Origin: Eledone cirrhosa
Lineage: Eukaryota
DNA length: 64,000 nt
Direction: 5' to 3'
Assembly (NCBI GenBank): GCA_964016885.1
Contig: OZ024759.1
Span: forward strand, 8,432,001-8,496,000
Position numbers and translations under genes: made by a program. The notes below the pieces were generated by a model. It was not told the origin of the DNA and searched no databases. It worked only from the letters and a program-made list of their open reading frames with translations. Positions 42,410 through 56,454 of this stretch are shown in pieces. The stretch's first letter is position 1. Each line of letters begins with the position of its first letter.

Positions 42410-45400
42410 TGTGGTGTGTGGTGTAGTGTGGTGTGGTGTGGTGTAGTGTGGTGTGGTGTAGTGTAGTGTGGTGTAGTGTGGTGTAGCGTAGTGTAGTGTA
42501 GTGTAGTGTAGTGTGGTGTAGTGTGGTGTAGTGTGGTGTAGTGTGGTGTGGTGTGGTGTAGTGTGGTGTGGTGTAGTGTAGTGTGGTATGGTGTAGTGTG
42601 GTGTAGTGTAGTGTAGTGTAGTGTGGTGTGGTGTAGTGTGGTGTAGTGTGGTGTAGTGTGGTGTAGTGTAGTGTAGTGTAGTGTGGTGTGGTGTAGTGTG
42701 GTGTAGTGTAGTGTGGTGTGGTGTGGTGTAGTGTGGTGTAGTGTAGTGTGGTGTGGTGTGGTGTAGTGTGGTGTGGTGTAGTGTGGTGTAGTGTAGTGTG
42801 TGGTGTAGTGTAGTGTGGTGTGGTGTGGTGTAGTGTGGTGTAGTGTAGTGTGGTGTGGTGTGGTGTAGTGTGGTGTGGTGTAGTGTGGTGTAGTGTAGTG
42901 AGGTGTGGTGTGGTGTAGTGTAATGTGGTGTGGTGTAGTGTGGTGTGGTGTAGTGTGGTGTGGTGTAGTGTAGTGTGGTGTGGTGTGGTGTGGTGTAGTG
43001 TGGTGTAATGTGGTGTGGTGTAGTGCGGTGTGGTGTGGTGTAGTATGGTGTAGTGTGGTGTAGTGTGGTGTAGTGTAGTGTGTTGTAGTGTAGTGTGTGG
43101 TGTAGTGTGGTGTGGTGTAGTGTGGTGTGGTGTGGTGTGCTGTGGTGTGGTGTAGTGTGGTGTGGTGTAGTGTGGTGTGGTGTAGTATGGTGTGGTGTAG
43201 TGTGGTGTCGTGTCGTGTAGTGTGGTGTGGTGTAGTGTGGTGTGGTGTGGTGTGGTGTAGTGTGGTGTGGTGTAGTGTGGTGTGGTGTAGTATGGTGTGG
43301 TGTAGTGTGGTGTCGTGTCGTGTAGTGTGGTGTGGTGTAGTATGGTGTGGTGTAGTGTGGTGTCGTGTCGTGTAGTGTGGTGTGGTGTAGTGTGGTGTGG
43401 TGTAGTGTAGTTTGGTATGGTGTAGTGTGGTGTAGTGTGGTGTGGTGTAGTGTAGTGCGGTGTGTTATAATGTGGTGTAGTGTGGTGTAGTGTGGTGTGC
43501 TGTGGTGTGGTGTGGTGTAGTGTGGTGTAGTGTGGTGTGGTGTAGTGTGGTGTAGTGTGGTGTGGTATCGTGTAGTGTGGTGTGGTGTAGTGTGGTGTGG
43601 TGTAGTGTAGTGTGGTGTGGTGTAGTGTGGTGTGGTGTGGTGTAGTGTGGTGTAGTGTGGTGTAGTGTAGTGTGTGGTGTAGTGTAGTGTGGTGTAGTGC
43701 GGTGTAGTGTGGTGTGGTGTAGTGTGGTGTAGTGTTGTCTAGTGTAGTGTGGTGTGGTGTAGTGTGGTGTAGGGGGTTGGGGTAGTGTAGTGTGGTGTGG
43801 TGTAGTGTGGTGTCGTGTCGTGTGGTGTGGTGTAGTGTGGTGTGGTGTGGTGTGGTGTAGTGTGGTGTAGTGTAGTGTGGTGTAGTGTAGTGTAGTGTGG
43901 TGTGGTGTGGTGTGGTGTGGTGTAGTGTGGTATGTGTGGTGTGGTGTGGTGTGGTGAGTGTGGTGTGGTGTAGTGTAGTGTGGTGTAGTGTAGTGTGGTG
44001 TGGTGTAGTGTGGTGTGGTGTAGTGTAGTGTGGTATAGTGTGGTGGAGTGTAGTGTAGTGTGGTGTAGTGTGGTGTGGTGTAGTGTGGTGTGGTGTAGTG
44101 TGTTGTAGTGTGGTGTAGTGTGGTGTAGTGTGGTGTAGTGTGGTGTGGTGTAGTGTGGTGTGGTTTAGTGTGGTGTGGTGTAGTGTAGTGTAGTGTAGTG
44201 TGGTGTGGTGTGGTGTAGTGTAGTGTGGTGTGGTGTGGTGTGGTGTGGTGTAGTGTGGTGTGGTGTAGTGTGGTGTAGTGTGGTGTGGTGTGGTGTAGTG
44301 TGGTGTAGTGTGGTGTGGTGTGGTGTAGTGTGGTGTGGTGTAGTGTGGTGTGGTGTAGTGTGGTGTAGTGTAGTGTAGTGTAGTGTGGTGTGGTGTGGTG
44401 TAGTGTGGTGTGGTGTGGTGTAGTGTGGTGTGGTGTAGTGTGGTGTGGTGTAGTATGGTGTGGTGTAGTGTCGTGTAGTGTGGTGTGGTGTAGTGTGGTA
44501 TAGTGTGGTGTGGTGTAGTGTAGTGTGGTGTGGTGTGTTGTAGTGTGGTGTGGTGTGGTGTAGTGTGGTGTAGTGTGGTGTGGTGTGGTGTGGTGTAGTG
44601 TGGTGTAGTGTGGTGTGGTGTGGTGTGGTGTAGTGTGGTGTAGTGTGGTGTGGTGTAGTGTGGTGTGGTGTAGTATGGTGTGGTGTAGTGTGGTGAAGTG
44701 TGGTGTGGTGTAGTGTGTTGTAGTGTAGTGTGTGGTGTAGTGTGGTGTGGTGTAGTGTGGTGTGGTGTAGTGTGGTGTGGTGTAGTATGGTGTGGTGTAG
44801 TGTGGTGTAGTGTGGTGTCGTGTCGTGTAGTGTGGTGTGGTGTAGTGTGGTGTGGTGTAGTGTAGTGTGTGGTGTAGTGTGGTGTGGTGTAGTGTAGTGT
44901 GGTGTGGTGTGCTGTGGTGTGGTGTGGTGTAGTGTGGTGTGGTGTAGTGTGGTGTGGTGTAGTATGGTGTGGTGTAGTGTGGTGTAGTGTGGTGTCGTGT
45001 CGTGTAGTGTGGTGTGGTGTAGTGTAGTGTGTTGTGGTGTGGTGTAGTGTAGTGTGTGGTGTAGTGTGGTGTGGTGTAGTATGGTGTGGTGTGGTGTGCT
45101 GTGGTGTGGTGTGGTGTAGTGTGGTGTGGTGTAGCGTGGTGTGGTGTAGTATGGTGTGGTGTAGTGTGGTGTAGTGTGGTGTCGTGTAGTGTGGTGTGGT
45201 GTAGTGTGGTGTGGTGTAGTGTAGTGTGGTGTGGTGTAGTGTAGTGTGGTGTGGTGTAGTGTGGTGTGGTGTAGTGTGGTGTGGTGTAGTGTGGTGTAGT
45301 GTAGTGTGTGGTGTAGTGTAGTGTGGTGTAGTGTGGTGTAGTGTTGTCTAGTGTAGTGTGGTGTGGTGTAGTGTGGTGTAGTGTAGGGGGTTGGGGTAGT

Positions 45401-45597
45401 GTAGTGTGGTGTGGTGTAGTGTGGTGTGGTGTCGTGTGGTGTGGTGTAGTGTGGTGTGGTGTAGTGTGGTGTGGTGTAGTTTAGTGTAGTGTGGTGTGGT
45501 GTGGTGTAGTGTGGTGTAGTGTAGTGTGGTGTAGTGTAGTGTAGTGTGGTGTGGTGTGGTGTAGTGTGGTGTAGTGTAGTGTGTGGTGTAGTGTGTG

Positions 45598-45600
<3 letters not shown>
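42410..45600. repeat. ~3.2 kb (GTGTG/GTGTA)n pentanucleotide array
   Basis: Direct reading. Confidence 0.95.
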
Positions 45601-45640
<40 letters not shown>

Positions 45641-45721
45641 GATATAATCATATATGATGGCTGCCTCCTCGTTATCGAGTATGAACTTTGCATGTGGAAG
45701 ACATACATGTACATAATATGA

Positions 45722-46308
45722 AAGAGTACTGGTGGAATGTTCTAGTAAAACCCTAATAAAATGCAGGCATAACAGACCAGATATTATGATACGGGACAGG
45801 GAGAAGAAGGCATGCACAGTAGTGGAAGTTAGCTGCCCAGCAGATGTCAATATAATATCAAAGATTAGTGAAAAGGAGAATATTTATGCAGAACTAATGA
45901 GAAATCTGCAGATACTCCACCTTGATTACACCTTCAGATTTATACCTGTGATTATTGGGGCACTGGGATATGTTAGTAACTGCCTCAATACAAATCTTGA
46001 GAAGCTGGGCTTCACAGAAACAGAAAGAACACAACTAGTTAGGAAATTACAAGTACAATCCATTAATGGAACAGTAAAAATATGTAAAACATTCCAAATA
46101 TTTTGCATCTAATAACTGCATATACACATGCACACATACAACTCAAAACATCCACATCCACACATACAATAACATCCATATCTACACATACAGACATATC
46201 TACCAAGTTGATGTTGTGTAAATTCCAATGAGAGAGTCTTGTGTCTATGTTAGAAACCGACTCTCTCTCTATTGGCAAACATTTGTGAAATTATAAAACC
46301 AGAAGAAC
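45722..46308 (+). mobile_element. 3' end of an RLE-type (R4/Dong/NeSL-like) non-LTR retrotransposon
   Basis: HNRPDI...VVEVSCP..N....EK..Y...FIPVIIGALG restriction-like endonuclease; putative 3' UTR ends in (ACAT)n. Confidence 0.8.
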
Positions 46309-46404
46309 ATACATACATATAAACATACACACATACATACATATATACATACACACATACATACATATATACATAGACACATACATACACACATACATAC
46401 ACAC

Positions 46405-46790
46405 ATGGTGGCTGCCAACTCGTTTTCGAGTACGGCCACTACTTTATATCCATGTAGGAGAACCCCTACCAATGCGCTGAACGAGTGTGACTTTTTAGTC
46501 TAGCCAGCGACTTGAAAACTCTGGTACAAACACTACACATGTGACAATTATTGACACATAGTGCTTGGCCCATGATACCATGTGACGACAAGTGCAGAGA
46601 GAACAAGTCAACATCATTGGATACCATCAGAGTTGCAGGTGTTATATCAGAGTTTTCCTTCTCCTAGAATTCTGCCTTGACAAAGGCTAAGGGGTCATCT
46701 CTCTCGGTGATTTTGGATGGCCATTGACTCTTAAGAGCTCCTTTGCCCTTTGACAGGTTTTGTTTTTAGTCCTGCAGGATGTCCAAAAGT
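46405..46790 (-). mobile_element. RTE-derived short element
   Basis: 46405-46600 matches 21172-21370; 46650-46790 is the reverse complement of parts of 61735-62020. Confidence 0.65.
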
Positions 46791-46934
46791 AGAAACAATT
46801 ATATGTCTTATAATATTGCTGTTTAGCCGAAAACTGCATCTTTGGATTGAAATTTACTTTTGTTGCATTCTTAATAATTAGTAATCCTTAATTTAGGGGA
46901 AATGCCAGCAGTTTTGTGGGAAATGTGAATTAAT

Positions 46935-47390
46935 TCAACCCAGTACATTACTGCTACGTATATCAACCCCAGTACATTACTGCTATTTATATCAATCCCA
47001 GTACATTACTGCTACTTTATATCAACGCCAGTACATTACTGCTACTTTATATCAACCCCAGTACATTACTGCTACTTTATATCAACCCAGTACATTACTG
47101 CTATTTATATCAACCCCAGTACATTACTGCTACTTATATCAACCCCAGTACATTACTGCTATATATATATCAACCCCAGTACATTACTGCTACTTTATAT
47201 CTACCCCAGTACATTACTGCTACTTTATATCAACCCCAGTACATTACTGCTACTTTATATCAACCCCAGTACATTACTGCTACTTTATATCAACCCCAGT
47301 ACATTACTGCTACTTTATATCAGCCCCAGTACATTACTGCTACTTTATATCAACCCCAGTACATTACTGCTACTTATATCAATCCCAGTA
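46935..47390. repeat. 30-bp SINE-derived minisatellite, ~15 copies
   Basis: Unit ATCAACCCCAGTACATTACTGCTACTTTAT; resembles the reverse complement of the SINE core/tail. Confidence 0.9.
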
Positions 47391-48964
47391 TTTGCCTGCG
47401 TCTACGTACGATGCTCTACCGAGCCAGTCAATCCAGCAGCCTAACTTCTCTCTAATTTAAGCACAAAGCCAACAATTTGTGGCCAGGAGATAAACAAATA
47501 AGAGGACCCATCACTTTACTTTATCGACGACCCCGTAAAGATGAAAGGCAAAGCTATGCTCACTGGGAAATGAACTCAGAATGTAAAGGGCCAGAACTGT
47601 ATGCTGCACGGTATTTATCAGACGCTATAATCCATAAAAGAATAAAAGAATATATTTTAAAACATCCAGAATTAAAGAATAAAAGGATACACTGTTAGTT
47701 TTTTCCAGTCGAGATAACTCTTGCGATTTAAAAGTAGTTATCTCCCTTGCAAATAATATTGTTATTTGTTTATTTGTTAATTTATTTATTTATAGAACAA
47801 GATGTGAAAAACTCTGAGGAAGTGTTGCTGAGATGGCTTCGTTTACAGTAGATATTGACCTTAGGAAAGGCATACGTGACACAACCTCCTATTGCGGCAG
47901 TGCCCTAAAATACAAGAAGAAGAAGAAGAAGAAGACGAAGAAGAAGAAGAAGAAGAAGAAAGAAGAAGAAGTGTGTGTGTATGTCTGTGTGTGTATCTGT
48001 GTGTGTATGTGTGTGTGTATCTGTGTATTTGTGTGGACATGTGTGTGTATGTGTATATCTGTGTGTGTGTATATGTGTGTGTATGTGTGTCTATGTGTCT
48101 GTGTGTATGTATGTATGTGTGCGTATATATGTGTGTGTGTATGTGTGTGTATGTGTGTGTGTGTATGTATGTTTGTATGTATGTGTTTGTATATATATGT
48201 ATGTATATCTGTGTGTGTGTATGTGTGTGTGTGTATGTGTGTGTGTGTATGTGTGTGTATCTGTGTGTGTGTGTGTGTATCTGTGTATTTGTGTGTGTGT
48301 GGACATGTGTGTGTATGTGTATGTGTGTATCTGTGTGTGTTTATATGTGTGTGTATGTGTGTCTATGTGTCTGCGTGTATGTATGTATGTATGTGTATAT
48401 ATGTGTGTGTGTATGTGTGTGTATGTGTATGTGTGTATGTATGTGTGTATGTATGTGTGTATGTATGTGTGTGTATATATATATATGTGTGTGTGTATCT
48501 GTGTGTGTATGTGTGTGTGTGTGTATTGTCTGTATGTGTGTGTGTGTGTGTATGTGTGTGTTTGTGTGTGTGTTTGTGCGTGTGTGGACATGTGTGTGTA
48601 TGTGTATGGGTGTATCTGTGTGTGTGTATATGTGTGTGTATGTGTGTCTATGTGTCTGTGTGTATGTATGTATGTATGTGTATATATGTGTGTGTGTATG
48701 TGTGTGTATGTGTATGTGTGTATGTATGTGTGTATGTATGTGTGTATGTATGTGTGTGTATATATATATATATATGTGTGTGTGTATCTGTGTGTGTGTA
48801 TGTGTGTGTATGTGTGTATTGTCTGTATGTGTGTGTGTGTGTGTTTGTGTGTGTGTTTGTGTGTGTGTATGTGTGTGTGTTTGTGTGTGTGTGTGCGTCT
48901 GTATGTGTCTGTATGTGTGTGTGTGTGTGTATGTGTGTGTGTGTTTGTGTGTGTATGTGTGTGC

Positions 48965-49855
48965 GTGTCCTGGCGCGACCGAGTGCGAAACGAGGAAATC
49001 CTGAAGAGTGCCGAGTCATGGACGCTACAGAAGATGTTCACGGAGCGCTGCTGCCGCCTGGCTGGCCATATTCGGTGCGATGAACTGGTCTCCACCTGGC
49101 GGCAAACGGGGGCGGGGTTACACCGGGATCAACTGGCGATGAACTGGACTCCACCTGGCAGCATACAGAGGCGGGGTTACACCAGGATCACCTGGCGATG
49201 AACTGGACTCCACCTGGCGGCAAACAGAGGCGGGGTTACCCCAGGATCACCTGGCGATGAACTGGACTCCACCTGGCGGCAAACGGAGGCGGGGTTACAC
49301 CAGGATCACCTGGCGATGAACTGGACTCCACCTGGCGGCATACAGAGGCGGGGTTACCCCAGGATCACCTGGCGATGAACTGGACTCCACCTGGCGGCAA
49401 ACGGGGGCGGGGTTACCCCAGGATCACCTGGCGATGAACTGGACTCCACCTGGCGGCATACAGAGGCGGGGTTACCCCAGGATCACCTGGCGATGAACTG
49501 GACTCCACCTGGCGGCATACAGAGGCGGGGTTACCCCAGGATCACCTGGCGATGAACTGGACTCCACCTGGCGGCAAACGGGGGGCGGGGTTACCTCAGG
49601 ATCACCTGGCGATGAACTGGACTCCACCTGGCGACAAACGGAGGCAAGGTTACGCCAGGACCACCTGGCGATGAACTGGACTCCACCTGGCGGCATACAG
49701 AGGCGGAGTTACCTCAGGATCATCTGGCGATGAACTGGACTCCACCTGGCGGCAAACGGAGGCGAGGTTACCGCATGATCACCTGGCGACGAACGTTCCA
49801 AAAAGACCTGGCATGTACACGAAAAAGCCGCCGCTAATCGTAATCGTTGGCGACT
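48965..49855 (+). mobile_element. RTE 3' ORF fragment with internal 59-bp tandem amplification (49079-49790, ~12 copies)
   Basis: [13 protein letters not shown]...RLAGHIR...[19 protein letters not shown] repeated, then RRTFQKDL...AAANRNRWR. Confidence 0.88.
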
Positions 49856-49857
49856 AC

Positions 49858-50458
49858 TTACCCTTTCTCCTATGCTACGGGCTGTTTCACCTATGTATGT
49901 TGTTTTCTTATTCCTACACTGTCCCTCAGTACATCTTATGCTAAATACTACGTTCCTAAATTTGCAGTTAGTTTGCGGGCTTAACTTGGCGACTATACAT
50001 TTTCTAACAGTGCAGGGATCTTTGAAATGAGTATGTTTTACTAATTAGGGCCTTTATGAGAATACTTGGTCTTTCAACTATCATAATATTTAATTTGAGC
50101 TTGTCTAAGGCCCTTCTAAATCTGTAAGCTAGTTCGCCTCTAGGGGTTGTATTGACAAACATTACACTCTGGTATTTATTGCTATCATACCATGAGTTTA
50201 TTTTATTTGCCTTATTCCTAATCCTTTCTATCTTATTCCAAAAGTTGCTCCTATATGTGGGGCAAGACCCATTTGCATCATTTTCGACAATCTTTGCCCA
50301 TTTGGTTCTGGCTCCTTTATATACCCTGATCTTGTCTCTCTGGTTGTAGCCAGAGAACTGCATGTGGTGGATGAAGTGTTGTATGTGTCTCTCTAATTCC
50401 TTAGGGTTGCACATGCGGGACATATTCCTCATCACTCTTACTAAGTCCACAAACAGTA
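49858..50458 (-). mobile_element. Penelope-like fragment, diverged relative of 12389-14126
   Basis: DLVRVMRNMSRMC..HIQHFI..MQFSGYNQRD..YQSVMFV, continuing to NVVFSIRC..YIGET. Confidence 0.88.
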
Positions 50459-50629
50459 TGGGGGGGAGTAAAGGGTAAACATAAATAACAACACAATCGG
50501 TACAGGTTAACGCTTGATATAGCAGGAAGAGGGTCTTAATGTTTCGGACCGCTAGTCCTTCATCACTGAAGAAAGAATAGAAATAAAATAGATTGAGGGG
50601 ACGGGCGGGTTGGAATTGGAAATATGCCC

Positions 50630-50758
50630 TGCCCCTTACCCCAGCACTACTACTCTTCTCCGTCTGGTTGAGCTTGTTCTCACCCTTAATGGATTTTCTT
50701 TTTCGGGTGAATTTTACCAGCAGGTCTCTGGGATAGATATGGGAACCAGAATGGGTCG
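50630..50758 (+). mobile_element. PLE-type RT fragment
   Basis: TLLRLVELVLTLNGFSFSGEFYQQVSGIDMGTRMG. Confidence 0.75.
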
Positions 50759-50789
50759 ATATATATATGTATTTATTTATTTATTAAAT

Positions 50790-50900
50790 TAACAGATTAA
50801 AGTTTAAGCAAATAATTGCTGCTTTCGCCCTTAACGGGATCTTCTGAAGATCCCGTTAAGGGCGAAAGCAGCGATTCTTTTCTTAACTTTAATCTGTTAT
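50790..50900. repeat. Fold-back palindrome centred on a hammerhead core
   Basis: GCTGCTTTCGCCCTTAACGGGATCTTC T GAAGATCCCGTTAAGGGCGAAAGCAGC; the right arm reads CTGAAGA-tCCC GTTAA GGGc-GAAA. Confidence 0.8.
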
Positions 50901-51027
50901 TTTAATAAATATTTGCTCTACGGTTCTTATATATTTGATATATAGTTATCCTTATCGAGCCCTCTTTGGATTTTAGTCTTCAAATTTATTATTATTACTA
51001 TATATATATCTGTGTGTGTATGTATAT

Positions 51028-51060
<33 letters not shown>

Positions 51061-51183
51061 GACACACACATACATACATATACAAAAATACACACACATA
51101 TACATATATATATATACATACACACACACACACACATATATATATACAAATATACACACGAACACACATATATATACACACAC

Positions 51184-51216
<33 letters not shown>

Positions 51217-51945
51217 CACATATATATATTACAAATACACACACACATATATACATATATATACATACATATACACACTTATAGCTAGATAGATAGATAG
51301 ATATACTCATATATATATACACACACACATATATATATATATATATACACGCATACATATATATACACATATGCATGTATACGCACACACGATGTGTACA
51401 CATTCACACACATATACATACATATATACATACATGTATATTTTTTTAATCATATATATTCGGATTTTACATTTATTATTATTACTACTATATACACATA
51501 TATACATATATATATACAGATATACATAAATATATACATATATATATATATACATATATATACACATATACAAACCTATACATATACACGCATACATATA
51601 CACGCATACACACGCATACATACACATATACATACATATATACACATATACACATATACATGCATATACATATATATATACACACATATATATACACATA
51701 TATACATATATATATATATACACATATATACATATATATATATATACATATATACATATACATATACACACAAATATACATATATATATACACTCATATA
51801 TACATATATATATACACATACATACACACACACATATATATATATACATATACACACACACGTACACACCCATATATAGATACACATACAGGTATATATA
51901 TATATGCATACATATATATATATATACATATATATATACACACAC

Positions 51946-52048
<103 letters not shown>

Positions 52049-52150
52049 TATACACATACAATCACATAATATATATATATATATGTGTACACATATATAT
52101 GTACACATATATATACATACATATACACACATACATACGTATACATAGAC

Positions 52151-52241
<91 letters not shown>

Positions 52242-52301
52242 CTCACATACACACATACACATATACTTATACATACACACACACATATATATATATATTC
52301 T

Positions 52302-52340
<39 letters not shown>

Positions 52341-52439
52341 GTACACAAACAAACAACATATATACACACATACACACACACACACACACACACAAATAGA
52401 GGCACAATTCAAGTACTTTATACATGTGGAAAAGGCAAA

Positions 52440-54500
52440 TAGGTAAGAAGTACTTACATAACCATAGTGCCGTGAGGCATGACATAAGATATTTGAAAGT
52501 TGCAAAGCTTTTCTGCATGCAATTGGGGCAGTGTTCAGAGAGTTTGTTCAGGGGTCGATCCCTTAGCAAATAGTATTTCGTAGCTCTCTGAAATACAAAG
52601 CTCACAGCACTTGTGTTCTCCCTTGTATGAGCGTGCTTACTGGAGTATTTTCCATTTGACCGTGCAAGGGGTGGAGTTCCTCTTGAGGTCCCAGACATAG
52701 GAGGCGAGTGTTGTCCGGTCTTCTGAAAGAGTGGGTATGGGCATACCACCGGGTTTTAAAATTGTTGGAAGTCATTCCGATATAAGTCTTTTTGTTGTTG
52801 TCACCAGTGCCTGAGACGACATCACATTTATATACGATGTCATTTGTCAGGCATTTGTTTTCAAGTGGGCAGGCTTCCTTATGTTGGTAGTTGCACAAAA
52901 CTCCCGTCCGGTGATGGGTTTCGGAGGTAGTAGGCTTATTTAATTTAGTAGTTTTGAGATTAGCTAAATTCCTATGTAGGTTAGGTGTAGTGGAGTAGGA
53001 GAGTCTTATTGTGTTCTTATAAAAGATAGTGTAGTACATATGTTGTGTGGGAAATGTTTATTCAGCAATTTGAAGAAAGTCCTAGCTATAGGTGTAGAAA
53101 CCTCTCTATTGAAGGAGGGTTGTACCGACTAATCTTCCTAGCCTATTTCACATAGGTAGTCTTGTGATGTTTTCTAGATCAGTAACCCTTTCTTTAAATC
53201 CGCTGCGGGCGAGGGCGTCGTTATAGCAAGGGGCAGAGGCGCTAAAGATATCTTCATTGGCTGAGTTATCTAAGTTATAACTAAGTTATCTGTGATATTT
53301 TGGGGGTGGTTCGAACTAACGTTTATGTATCTGAGGGATTCGTTAGGTTTGTGGAGCGGGTAATAGAGAGTGACATCTAAAAAGTTGGCCCTAGTCATAT
53401 TAGATTCTATGGTTAATCTAAATCATAGATTACGGAAGAACGAGCTTAAGTTTTTCCGAAACCATCAATGGTTCTGGGGTTTACTTTGTGCAAGGCGAAA
53501 AGGCCATCATCTCGGTATAATCCTCCGGTTAGGCCTATGAAGAGGTTCTTCGGGTGGTGTAAGATATACAGGCCCACGAGGTTGCTAACTTCAGCCGAGT
53601 CACTTGCGCCCATGCTGACGTCAAATGTGGTCGCGGACTTATTGTTAAGCCAGTAAAATCCCTCGTGGTGTAGAAAAGTCTTACAGGCGTGGAGAATCAC
53701 ATCCTGATCAGCGTCGGTTATTATGGTAAAGGTCCTGGTAAAAGCAGGTGCATCCCTCAGTAGAGGCTCTGAGATAGAGGCGTAGTAGTCTTCTATGTTC
53801 AGTTGCAGAAAGCGAGTGTAGCGTTTATCGGGCAATTCTTGGAACCAAGAGATTGCCCCGGAGGTTCTGCTCCAGAGTGGGAGAGATGAGGCCGCCCGCA
53901 GTGATGGTAGTACTCTATCAAGGATCTTTTTGCTGATAGAACCGATGTCCGACCGTGTGGGGTTGATAAAACTGACAGATGGTTTGTTGAGGAAGTTTCC
54001 CTTGTGGTCCTTCAGGGTAAAGTGTGGATTCTTTACTCTTAAAGGTTCAGTTCAGTCATCTAGTTTAAGGGACTTTGCTATCTCTTTTGTATCTACATTG
54101 GTCTCAGTCAAAACCATCTCATTCACCTTTTTGTAGTTGGCCGTGATTGCATTTTTTGCCAGCTTCTTATACGTCGGTGAATCCACCTCATATACGTTTT
54201 TGGTTTTATCGGAGGGGACATGGAGATGGGGGAACTTTTTATTTTCCGCATTTCGTCTTTTAAGTAGGATGGAATGGTGTGTTGTCTCTATGAAATTTTA
54301 TGTCTCTGATCAATTGGAAGAAGTCTTCTTCAAATGGTTCAAGTAGGCTGTTGGTGGGTGGTGACTTATTCGTTTGGAACCGAACTTCTCATCATTGGTA
54401 GATGCTACATCAGAGTGGTCGAAGAAGAAGGCTCTCCATCTAATACGCTTAATGAACTCGTATGTACGTTTGATGAGTGTTTTTAAGTATTGTATCCTAA
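52440..54500 (-). mobile_element. Degenerate near-full-length Penelope-like element of a different family
   Basis: YLKTLIKRTYEFIKRIRWRAFFF N-terminus; IEDYYASI, FDVSMGASDSAEV and YRDDG RT motifs; CPLENKCL..DIVYKC..TYIGMT..FKTRWYAH GIY-YIG; many frameshifts. Confidence 0.88.
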
Positions 54501-55042
54501 TGACCTCCACCCTCTCCTACCACCAGAAAAGGTATAAATACCACAATATTACTTGGACAGTCAGCTTCCTGATGATTTCTCCTGCTGATCGTATAATGGA
54601 AACAAAAGACCATGCAATCTTTGCACGACTGAAGCCCTGGAAATACTCTACTCAAGGATCAAATCTTAAACAAAAGATCTGAGGCAATTTCGGCTTGTAA
54701 ACACAAATTGCATAAAATCTTCCTGTATTACAGCCCCACATTATACCCTAACGGATAGTAGGAACAATACACGGATAATTTACGTCTTGATGTGGTAGCA
54801 AAGTATATTTTATTTTAAGTATTGTATCCTAATGACCACCACCCTCTCACACCACCAGAAAAGGTATAAATACCACAATATTAGATGGAGAGCCTACCTC
54901 TTCGATCACTCTGATGTAGCATCTAACAATGATGAGAAGTTCGGTTTGTATAGGTAAGTATACCTTATCCGTATGTTTGTGGAGGTACGTATATATATAT
55001 ATATGCATGCATGTGTTATAGGTGTATATATATATGTGTGTG

Positions 55043-55101
<59 letters not shown>

Positions 55102-55604
55102 GTGTGTGTGTGCGTGTGGGTGGGTGTGCATGCGTGTGTGTGTATATATATATATGTATATATATGTGTGTGTGTGTATGTATATATATGTATGTATATG
55201 TAATTGTATGCATGTATGTGTATGTGTATATGTATGAATGGTGTGCGCATACGCGCATGCATGTGTATGTACGTGTATATATGTGTATATGTATGTGCGT
55301 GTGTATATATGTATGTATATGAGTGTATATGCATGTATACGTGTATGTAGGTGTAGGTATGCATGTATAGATATATGTATATATATATGTATACATATAT
55401 GTATATGTGTAAATACATATGTGTGTGTATGAGAGTATATATGTATATATATATATATATATATACATATATATACATATGTATATATATATATATATGT
55501 ACATATATATATGCATGCGTATGTAAATATGTATATATATGTATGTATATATATGTGTATGTTTGATGTGTGTGTATGTGTGTATATGTGTATATATGTA
55601 TATA

Positions 55605-55690
<86 letters not shown>

Positions 55691-55773
55691 TGCGTATGTA
55701 AATATGTATATATATGTATGTGTATATATGTGTATGTTTGATGTGTGTGTATTTGTGTATATGTATATATATG

Positions 55774-55836
<63 letters not shown>

Positions 55837-56012
55837 GCGTGTATGTGTATGCGTGCGTGTATATGTGTGTATATGTATGTATATAATATATATATATATA
55901 TTATATATGTGTGTGCATTTGTGTGTGCGTATGTATATGTATGTGTATGCGTATATATGCGTCGGCGCTTATTTATGTACTGGCCTAAATCTTAAATATT
56001 ATTTACTTTTAT

Positions 56013-56306
56013 GTTACGTCCCTTTATGATCTGAGTTCAAATCCCGCCGAGGTTAACTTTGCCTTTCATCCTTACGGGGTCGATAAAATAAAGTACCAGT
56101 AATGTACTGGGTAATTGCAGGCCTTGTGCCAAAAGTAGAAACAATTATTTACTTTTATGATTTTATTAACCTTTGTCATTTTCGTTCTACTAATTTCTTT
56201 TCATGCAGTATCGATAGAGGGTCGGATGCCATGCTTTGACGCATAGAGTTACGGCCCTTGCCATTCTGAGTTCAAATCCCGCCGAGGCTAACTTTGCCTT
56301 TCATCT
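56013..56306 (+). mobile_element. Two Meta-like SINE copies
   Basis: Same B-box and core as 4365. Confidence 0.8.
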
Positions 56307-56454
56307 GTTTGTGGATCGAACCTGACTCTGGATTCGCAAGTTCCTCAGATGCATCTAGTGATTTCGAAACAAATCCTCTGTCAGGCGGAATATTTGCTTC
56401 GAAACAATTGTAATATGTTAATAAATTGTGTTTCGAGGCATCACTGATTCTTAG

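Noticed and set aside
44165-45850. 561-aa His/Thr ORF
   Set aside because: Translation of the pentanucleotide array plus the antisense of an RLE fragment.
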